From Patescibacteria group bacterium (lineage in GTDB: Bacteria; Patescibacteriota; Microgenomatia; UBA1400; PJMF01): a stretch of 64,000 bases of DNA. The notes beneath the pieces were generated by a model. It was not told the origin of the DNA. It was given only the letters and a program-made list of their open reading frames with translations, and made no database searches. Every line of letters begins with the position of its first letter. Within the stretch, counting starts at the first letter, position 1. The stretch covers positions 67,271 to 131,270 of the forward strand of contig BOKR01000001.1 in the NCBI GenBank assembly GCA_016861085.1, read 5' to 3'. Positions 57,471-64,000 of the stretch are shown piece by piece. A program made the position numbers and the translations under genes.

Positions 57471-58796
57471 ATGGTGAAACAAGATGTCTCTGGCAGAGTT
57501 CCGCCGCAAAATGTTGATGCAGAAACCTCTGTACTTGGTGCCATTTTACTTGACAGTGAAGCAATTGTTGCCGTTGCTGACATCATTAATCCCGAAAGTT
57601 TTTATGTACCTGCACATCAGCATATCTATGCTGCCATGGAAGCATTATTTGAAAAACGCCAACCGATTGACGTTGTTACTCTGACCAATCAAATCAAAAA
57701 AATGAAGAAGTTAACCGAGGTTGGGGGAACTTCAGCGATTGCAGAACTATCAAACGTGGTTTCAACCGCTGCCAATGCAAAACATTACGCTCAGCTGGTG
57801 TCTGAGGCGTATGTAAAACGCCGTCTTATTTCTATGTCTGCAGAGATGAATGAATTGGCGTTTGATCCGGGCAAAGATGTTCTGGATATTATGGATTTAG
57901 CAGAGCAGAGAGTATTTGCTTTGTCTCAAACGCAAAATAAAAAAGCATTTACTCCAATTAAAGATACACTGGTAGAAAGTTTTGAGCGCTTGGATGAGTT
58001 ACAGAAACATTCTGGTGAGTTGCGTGGTGTTCCTACCGGATTTGCGGATCTTGATCGCTGTCTGGCTGGGTTTCAGAAATCTAACTTAATTATTTTAGCT
58101 GCCAGACCTGGTACAGGTAAGACAGCGTTTGCATTAAACATGGCGCAGCACATGTCTGTGGTGTCAAAAAAGAAGGTGGGTTTTTTCTCACTTGAAATGA
58201 GTAGAGAGGAGTTGGTTGACCGGTTGTTGGTGTCTCAGGCTGATATCGACGCCTGGAAATTAAAAACTGGCCGACTTGACCAACAGGATTTTTTGAAGTT
58301 GTCAGACGCAATGGGTGTGTTAGCTGATGCCCAAATTTTTATTGATGACACTCCGGCTTTGACTATTTTCGAGATGCGGACTAGAGCGAGGAGATTGAAG
58401 GTTGAGCATGATATCGATATGTTAGTTGTTGACTATCTGCAGTTGGCTCATGGACGGACCAAGGACAATCGTGTTACAGAGGTGGCTGAAATCTCACAGG
58501 GGCTAAAAAATATTGCCAGAGAGCTTAAAATCCCTGTTTTGGCTTTAGCACAGTTATCTCGTGCAGTTGAGAGTAGAACTGAAAAAACACCCCAATTGTC
58601 TGACTTGAGAGAGTCAGGATCTATCGAACAGGATGCTGACGTGGTGATGTTTTTGTATCGTAAGGATGATAATATTCGTGAAGCTGTAAACTTAAAGATT
58701 TCCAAGCACCGCAATGGTGGCATGGCTGATATTGATCTCTATTTCAGAGGGGATCGTATCAAGTTTTATGGTATGGAGACGCAGAGGGAGATGTAG
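57471..58796 (+). CDS. dnaB: Replicative DNA helicase
   Basis: PPQN..AE, AARPGTGKT, FSLEM, VDYLQL, DLRESGSIEQDAD, KHRNG. Confidence 0.98.
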   Translation: MVKQDVSGRVPPQNVDAETSVLGAILLDSEAIVAVADIINPESFYVPAHQHIYAAMEALFEKRQPIDVVTLTNQIKKMKKLTEVGGTSAIAELSNVVSTAANAKHYAQLVSEAYVKRRLISMSAEMNELAFDPGKDVLDIMDLAEQRVFALSQTQNKKAFTPIKDTLVESFERLDELQKHSGELRGVPTGFADLDRCLAGFQKSNLIILAARPGTGKTAFALNMAQHMSVVSKKKVGFFSLEMSREELVDRLLVSQADIDAWKLKTGRLDQQDFLKLSDAMGVLADAQIFIDDTPALTIFEMRTRARRLKVEHDIDMLVVDYLQLAHGRTKDNRVTEVAEISQGLKNIARELKIPVLALAQLSRAVESRTEKTPQLSDLRESGSIEQDADVVMFLYRKDDNIREAVNLKISKHRNGGMADIDLYFRGDRIKFYGMETQREM

Positions 58797-58869
58797 TTGT
58801 TGAAATAAAATCAAACAAGCCTCCGAACCTTCGGTCCGAGTGAGGCTCTTATCGATTTTATTTCAACAA
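58797..58869. terminator. Long hairpin between convergent genes (probable bidirectional terminator)
   Basis: Perfect 16 bp ttgttgaaataaaatc/gattttatttcaacaa with inner agcctc/gaggct. Confidence 0.7.
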
Positions 58870-58897
58870 AGTTAAACCTCACCTTTGCACTATTTTA

Positions 58898-59134
58898 TTA
58901 GGCGCCAGGTTGATATCCAAAGAGTAAATAAACCAGACCACCAGATAAGACGAGAAACATGGCCGCAAATCCAAGGTTAGACTTGAGGTTTTTCATTGAT
59001 TTTTCAGGATCAGGATTGTCGACACTAATAATAATCACAGTTGCAACAATAAACCAGACTACGGCGCGGGCTACAACGGACCAGATGCTATCTACTCTAA
59101 ATATCGATCCAAGGATGTTTTGTAAAATATCCAT
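58898..59134 (-). CDS. Small two-TM membrane protein
   Basis: Two hydrophobic helices separated by NPDPEKSMKNLK; start uncertain (59134-59146). Confidence 0.6.
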   Translation of the reverse strand: MDILQNILGSIFRVDSIWSVVARAVVWFIVATVIIISVDNPDPEKSMKNLKSNLGFAAMFLVLSGGLVYLLFGYQPGA

Positions 59135-59204
59135 ACCCTTCATCATCCTACATATCTTCCAAAAATGCAAGTTTCTTGATATACTACCTGTCTAGTTCTT
59201 TAGT

Positions 59205-59290
59205 GCCGAGGTGGCGGAATTGGTAGACGCGTGGGTCTCAAAAACCCATGAGGCTTAAATCTCGTGCGGGTTCGATTCCCGCCCTCGGCA
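59205..59290 (+). tRNA. tRNA-Leu(CAA)
   Basis: Acceptor GCCGAGG/CCTCGGC, anticodon arm tgggt-ct-CAA-aa-accca, long variable arm, GGTTCGATTCC. Confidence 0.97.
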
Positions 59291-59394
59291 CAGATAGAAA
59301 CAGGTTTTCTCAAAAGTTCCGCTATTTTGATATATTACTAAAGTTATTTAGACTAATTTAGGTTGTTTGTTATTGGCAATTTAGCCTGGATATG

Positions 59395-59434
59395 AGTCCT
59401 AACTATTGACAATATAGGACTCTTTTGCTATACT
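59395..59434 (+). promoter_or_regulatory. Sigma70-type promoter with inverted repeat over the -35 box
   Basis: TTGACA (59406-59411), 17 bp spacer, TG-n-TATACT (59429-59434); agtccta...taggact brackets the -35. Confidence 0.7.
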
Positions 59435-59538
59435 AGCGGTTGCCAATAATTTGCTAAGGGGATTCATCCCTGGTGCGAGTTGGAGGCGTTGCAAATTCAC
59501 ATTTCTGTTTTTCAAAATCCAAGCTAAAGGTGAAACAA

Positions 59539-59895
59539 ATGAAAACGTTCTTCTACAATCTCTATATCCGTTTTTTGTCTATTTTGGGCGCGTTGACCCT
59601 CAAACAGGCCAATGACGAAAAAACTGCCGTGATCAATGCGATCCGCGCGGCCATGGAAATGGCTGGTGTTAAGCCGGCTGACCTGGTTCGTAGCACAAAG
59701 AATCGCAAACGTGACGCGGCCAAGATTCGTCGTCAGGCTGAAAAAGATGAGGCCGCCGCTCGCAAGCTGGCCGCTGAGAAAGCTGTCCTGGCGAAAGAAG
59801 CTGGTGGCATTGAAACTGCCGCCGATGACGTGTTGAATATCCTGAAGGAAATCAACTTGTCCGCCACGACCGATTTCGACCTGCCCTCCGCCTAA
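59539..59895 (+). CDS. Ala/Lys-rich hypothetical protein with atypically high GC
   Basis: RBS AAAGGTGA, 118 aa, own promoter and terminator. Confidence 0.75.
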   Translation: MKTFFYNLYIRFLSILGALTLKQANDEKTAVINAIRAAMEMAGVKPADLVRSTKNRKRDAAKIRRQAEKDEAAARKLAAEKAVLAKEAGGIETAADDVLNILKEINLSATTDFDLPSA

Positions 59896-59923
59896 CGGCA
59901 ATTTGAAACAACATATGTGAATC

Positions 59924-59950
59924 GAGGCTGCCCTTTAAAAAGGCAGCCTC
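59924..59950 (+). terminator. Terminator-like hairpin
   Basis: gaggctgcc/ggcagcctc. Confidence 0.65.
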
Positions 59951-60047
59951 ATTCCGTTTCTAGAGGCATTTTCTTTTTTCCTACGCATTATGTAAGATTC
60001 AATTTGTATTATTTACACCGATACTAACCACACTGTATAAAGGACGT

Positions 60048-60284
60048 ATGCTGACAAAATCAGATATCACTAAACTTAAAGAAATTTTCGCAACGAAAGC
60101 TGAACTAAAAGAACTTAAGTCAGATCTTGTCAAACTCAAAGATATGATTCACGAAGTCATTTTTGAACTTAAAGACATGAGGGAAGAATTTATCGCTATC
60201 ACATATAGAAACCGAGATCATTCAGATAAAATTGAGTCCCACGAGGTTAGAATTACAAATTTGGAAAAGAAGTTTTCATCTTGA
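60048..60284 (+). CDS. Small coiled-coil hypothetical protein
   Basis: FATKAELKEL...HEVRITNLEK heptad pattern. Confidence 0.7.
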   Translation: MLTKSDITKLKEIFATKAELKELKSDLVKLKDMIHEVIFELKDMREEFIAITYRNRDHSDKIESHEVRITNLEKKFSS

Positions 60285-60288
60285 AAAC

Positions 60289-60756
60289 CTACTTCAACAG
60301 CCAAATCACCACAACTAAAATAATCTGCGGTACTATTCCTACCAAAATATTCGGAGTTGAGTGGTGAAACATGCCATGAAATTCGTTCAGTGGTTTGATA
60401 AACCAAGGTTCCCACCTCAAAAAATTTCTTGGTGCTTCAACTAGATCCGGAGCAATTCCCATCAACGCACCCATCCAGATGTGAAACGTATATGCGTCAC
60501 TCATATCTACAGGCTTGCCAAAATCTTTGAAAAAGAACCAATAAATGAGTCCGGCAGTCAGGGCCAAATCAACCAATTCTAAAAGAATTGCGCTGCTACG
60601 CTTTCTTTTGCCAACAGATAGCCCGGTCCCTACGTCCCAATGTGGAATCCAGTCGCACAAATAATGCATGGCAAGAGTGAGTGGTATGTATAAAGCAGGA
60701 TGGGGGAGCTTACTGGCAATAAAGGCCCCAGTGAGCGAGTGTGGTATAGATAACAT
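60289..60756 (-). CDS. Membrane protein, putative metal-dependent hydrolase
   Basis: H..TGA, MHYLCDWIPHWD, APDL and FH..FH motifs with TM helices. Confidence 0.6.
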   Translation of the reverse strand: MLSIPHSLTGAFIASKLPHPALYIPLTLAMHYLCDWIPHWDVGTGLSVGKRKRSSAILLELVDLALTAGLIYWFFFKDFGKPVDMSDAYTFHIWMGALMGIAPDLVEAPRNFLRWEPWFIKPLNEFHGMFHHSTPNILVGIVPQIILVVVIWLLK

Positions 60757-60825
60757 GGTAAAGTTTAGTATACTAATTACGCACTGCATTGTACAATGGT
60801 CGAGATATAAAACAAGGTTAAAAGC

Positions 60826-61659
60826 ATGTTTCCAGTCTTACTTTCAGTTGGTCCACTACAACTTAAAACAATGTTTTTGTTTTTATTGCTTGGTTTTTTT
60901 CTTGCTAGTTTTGTATTTTGGCGAAAGTGCAGAGAAGAGCATTACTCAGAGTCCGATATTTTTGATAGTTTTTTGGTATCAGCGCTCTTGGGTGCAATAG
61001 TAGCTAGAGCAGTTTTCATTTTGTTTAATTTTCAAACTTTTGGGTTTCATGTATTAAGCTGGTTTGACATTGGTGCGTTTCCAGGCACAAATTTGATCGC
61101 CGGCTTGGCTGCTGCGGCATTTTCTATGTATAAAAACGCAGTAAAAAACAAGTGGGATGAATTTGAAGTGCTTGATTTTTGGGTGATGAGTGCGGCTCTT
61201 GGTTTATTTATTTATAACTTAGGTGCGTTTTTTGACGGAACAGGGTACGGATATGCAACCAGTTTACCGTGGGGGGTGGTATTTCCCAATCTGATAGAGC
61301 CACATCATCCAGTGCAAATGTATTTTGCGCTTTTTTATCTTGGTGTCTATTTGTATCTTTCAAAAGTCGAGTATTCGTATAGAACTTTTACTTGGTATAG
61401 ACATGGGAAAAAGACTGCCCAAACAGGATTTTTAACTTCTGCATTTTTAATTCAAGTGGCAGTCTTTACGTTTCTCATGGCATTTTTGAAACCAGCAACA
61501 CTGGAATTTTTGGGTATCAACTTTGACATGGTAATTAGCGGTTTATTGGGTTTAGTTGGAACGATGTTACTTTTTTCACGATCTGGGAGAAGCTTACCGC
61601 TTTTATCTAGAAAAAGAGTCAGACCAATTCGTACAAAACTCGAAGACATAAATGAATAA
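60826..61659 (+). CDS. lgt: Prolipoprotein diacylglyceryl transferase-like protein
   Basis: MFPVL..VGP, GAIVAR, LPWGVVFP, HPVQMY; adjacent to lspA. Confidence 0.75.
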   Translation: MFPVLLSVGPLQLKTMFLFLLLGFFLASFVFWRKCREEHYSESDIFDSFLVSALLGAIVARAVFILFNFQTFGFHVLSWFDIGAFPGTNLIAGLAAAAFSMYKNAVKNKWDEFEVLDFWVMSAALGLFIYNLGAFFDGTGYGYATSLPWGVVFPNLIEPHHPVQMYFALFYLGVYLYLSKVEYSYRTFTWYRHGKKTAQTGFLTSAFLIQVAVFTFLMAFLKPATLEFLGINFDMVISGLLGLVGTMLLFSRSGRSLPLLSRKRVRPIRTKLEDINE

Positions 61660-62062
61660 ATTTTCATCATTTTTTCCGGTGCTGTTACTTGTTTTTTTTG
61701 TTGATCAAAGTTCTAAATTTTTAGCTGCAATCTTAGGATTTCACATTACTTATAATTATGGAGTCTCTTTCAGCTTTATGACAGAGAGTCAACCAAAATT
61801 TCTTACATTCGTTTTATTTTTATTGCTGTATTATTTATATATGAGTTTTAAATCGCATTGGAAAAGAAATCCAATAGCGACGGGATTGTTTTTTGGTGGG
61901 GCAGTTTCGAACTTGTTTGATCGAGTAATCTTTGATTCAGTTAGAGATTGGGTGAGTATTCCGTTTACCCAAATTCAAAATAATGTGGCTGATTGGGCAA
62001 TTTTCATCGGGTTAGTTTTAATTGTGCAACCAATCATTTTTGCAAAGATGAACAAAGATTGA
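61652..62062 (+). CDS. lspA: Lipoprotein signal peptidase II
   Basis: DQSSK, NYGVSFS, GAVSNLFDR, VRDW, NVAD. Confidence 0.88.
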   Translation: MNKFSSFFPVLLLVFFVDQSSKFLAAILGFHITYNYGVSFSFMTESQPKFLTFVLFLLLYYLYMSFKSHWKRNPIATGLFFGGAVSNLFDRVIFDSVRDWVSIPFTQIQNNVADWAIFIGLVLIVQPIIFAKMNKD

Positions 62063-62085
62063 CCTATTGCAGTAGAATACACAGT

Positions 62086-62943
62086 ATGAACAACTTGCTA
62101 AACCCCATTGATTTGATTGAAATAGTCTACGAGGACCAGGATATTATTGCGGTTAATAAGCCGGCTGGTGTCGTAGTGAATAGGGCTCAAACTGTAAAAG
62201 GTGAAACACTTCAGGATTGGTTAGAGCAGAACGTTTCTGAAATTCGTGCAGCAGTGAAGGAAGGCATATACCCAGAAGGCTGGATGTCTCAGATTCCAGA
62301 AGAATTTAGTGAAGAATTTGGTTCACCACAAGAGATTTTTTTGCAACGATCTGGTATCGCACATCGACTTGATAAGGATACAAGCGGCATACTGTTGGTG
62401 GCAAAACATCCTGGGTCATTATTAGAACTACTCAAACAATTTAGGGTTCGCGAAGTTAAGAAACAATATGTTTGTTTAACTCACGGTAAATTCGGCATGC
62501 CAAAAGGAGAGGTCTCTGCGCCAATTGGCAGAAGAAGTAGCAATAGAAAACTGTTTGGAATTGTTTCAGATGGTAGACCAGCAGTGACAGAGTACGAAGT
62601 ACAAAAATACTATCCAAACTTTGATGAGCAACGTTTGCTTCAAGAAACTGGTGAAAAAGAGTTGCGGTTTTCTTCTTACAATGGATTCTCGTTGGTAAAT
62701 TGTTTTCCCAAGACTGGGCGAACACATCAAATTCGTGTGCATTTGGCGCATTTGGCACACCCAATAGTTGGGGATATTTTCTATGTGGGCAAGAAACGGA
62801 GAAAGCTGGATGCACTGTGGTGCAAGCGTCATTTTTTGCATGCACAAACAATTGAATTTATTCATCCAAGAACAAAACAACGAATGTCTGTATCGGCTGG
62901 ACTCTCGAAAGACTTGCAGGAAGTTTTATCTTACTTACAATAG
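62086..62943 (+). CDS. RluA/RluD family pseudouridine synthase
   Basis: NKPAG, HRLDKDTSG, TGRTHQIRVH, HPIVGD. Confidence 0.93.
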   Translation: MNNLLNPIDLIEIVYEDQDIIAVNKPAGVVVNRAQTVKGETLQDWLEQNVSEIRAAVKEGIYPEGWMSQIPEEFSEEFGSPQEIFLQRSGIAHRLDKDTSGILLVAKHPGSLLELLKQFRVREVKKQYVCLTHGKFGMPKGEVSAPIGRRSSNRKLFGIVSDGRPAVTEYEVQKYYPNFDEQRLLQETGEKELRFSSYNGFSLVNCFPKTGRTHQIRVHLAHLAHPIVGDIFYVGKKRRKLDALWCKRHFLHAQTIEFIHPRTKQRMSVSAGLSKDLQEVLSYLQ

Positions 62944-62987
62944 TTTTATTTGTTGACGCAACTCACTTTCAAGATATATAATTGCAT

Positions 62988-63602
62988 ATGGAACTAACCA
63001 ACACATTTTTTTCAAATGATCCGATTCAATACTTAGCCCCTTCATGGGATGACATGGATCGTTTGGTATTCTCAATTTCAAAAAAAATTATTGAAGCTGA
63101 TCTTAAATTTGATCGAATTGTGACAATGGCAAAAGGTGGCTGGCCTATGGCTCGGCCTTTGGTCGATTATATTCAAGCAAATGAAGTGGCTAGTATTGGC
63201 ATAAAGTTGTATAAGGGGATTAACGAGCGTAAGGCCGAGCCTGAAGTGTATCAAGATATCCCTGTCGATATAACTGGTGAAACGATTTTATTGTTTGATG
63301 ATGTTGCCGACACTGGTGAAACCTTGGAATTTGTTAAGCAATACCTGGAGGGTAGGGGAGCAAAAAAAATCTATACTGCAACCCTTTTTTATAAACCACA
63401 TTCCAGCATTAAGCCCGATTATTATGGCGAAGAAACACTTGCATGGATTATTTTCCCGTACGAACTTCGCGAAACAATGGACGTTCTCGTAGACAAGTGG
63501 GAAGGAGATGGGCTACATGAAGCAGCAATCGTTGATCGGTTTGAAACATTAGGGTTTAAGAGAAAAATGGTCGAGTATTTTTACTCAACTTTATATAGAT
63601 AG
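62988..63602 (+). CDS. Type I phosphoribosyltransferase (purine/xanthine PRT-like)
   Basis: MAKGG, LLFDDVADTGETL, WIIFPYE. Confidence 0.88.
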   Translation: MELTNTFFSNDPIQYLAPSWDDMDRLVFSISKKIIEADLKFDRIVTMAKGGWPMARPLVDYIQANEVASIGIKLYKGINERKAEPEVYQDIPVDITGETILLFDDVADTGETLEFVKQYLEGRGAKKIYTATLFYKPHSSIKPDYYGEETLAWIIFPYELRETMDVLVDKWEGDGLHEAAIVDRFETLGFKRKMVEYFYSTLYR

Positions 63603-63615
63603 TCATAGTAATAGT

Positions 63616-63644
63616 TTGACAAAAAGGAAGTTATAGGATAAAAT
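63616..63644 (+). promoter_or_regulatory. Near-consensus sigma70 promoter
   Basis: TTGACA (63616-63621), 17 bp spacer, TAAAAT (63639-63644). Confidence 0.75.
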
Positions 63645-63817
63645 AGAGGGACAAGTTAAGACAGATTTGCGTTAAAGCACCTTACAGGGCTTTTTCGCTC
63701 CCAAGTAACAGCAGTTTCGCTTTAGTTGAAAACAACTCAAGCCAAGCGGAAACCAAGTTGAGTAGAAAAGCTTCAATGGGTGTTTTTTTTATTTTCCCCG
63801 TTGAATTTGAAACAAAG

Positions 63818-64000
63818 ATGAGTAGACAAACAATTGACAAACCAACTCAGACAGAAGTCCACAGAGCGTATTTAGCTCCACATTCCCTAGAACACTGGGA
63901 AAGGATTCAACGACTTGTCTTGACTGGCGAGTTCGGAGTGGAACCGAATCCGCAAGGGTATTCAGAAAAGTTAACTGCACCTCAGAATGTACCTGATTTT
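63818..64000 (+). CDS. Partial CDS running off the window end (MSRQTIDKPTQTEVHRAY...)
   Basis: ATG at 63818 with 61 uninterrupted codons, downstream of a strong promoter and long leader. Confidence 0.55.
   Translation, partial: MSRQTIDKPTQTEVHRAYLAPHSLEHWERIQRLVLTGEFGVEPNPQGYSEKLTAPQNVPDF

Noticed and set aside
59524-59901. 125 aa antisense ORF
   Set aside because: It mirrors the GC-rich + strand gene, which has the promoter, SD and terminator.
1-64000. CRISPR array, prophage, integrase or transposase
   Set aside because: No regularly spaced direct repeats and no Cas, integrase, terminase or transposase motifs were seen, including next to the tRNAs.

Overview
AT-rich chromosomal window from a small-genome bacterium, most consistent with Patescibacteria/CPR (inferred from the gene families, archaeal-type PyrH and many short CPR-style hypotheticals). 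It uses genetic code 11 and is mostly housekeeping: 5 tRNAs, ribosomal proteins, fmt/def, mreBCD-pbp2, dprA-topA, recR, hpf, cysS, hisS, prfA, glmS, dnaB and lgt-lspA-rluD. I found no CRISPR array, integrase or transposase. The most notable signals are mostly non-coding or unannotated: (1) a complete but insertion-expanded glmS ribozyme upstream of glmS; (2) an unannotated His-rich leader peptide with terminator and antiterminator upstream of hisS; (3) a ~8 kb pyrimidine/dNTP island with a divergent ThyA, an HxHxQ HIT protein, a fused dCMP deaminase, an orphan cytidylyltransferase, DHFR, dUTPase, Tmk and two cryptic MazG-like proteins, one preceded by phased NrdR-type boxes; (4) an HTH plus LAGLIDADG-like gene whose stop codon lies inside tRNA-Trp; (5) a uORF and terminator upstream of hpf; (6) all five tRNA genes end in N73-C-A rather than CCA; (7) widespread leaderless-type promoters. 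All calls are by eye from motifs; no database search was run.
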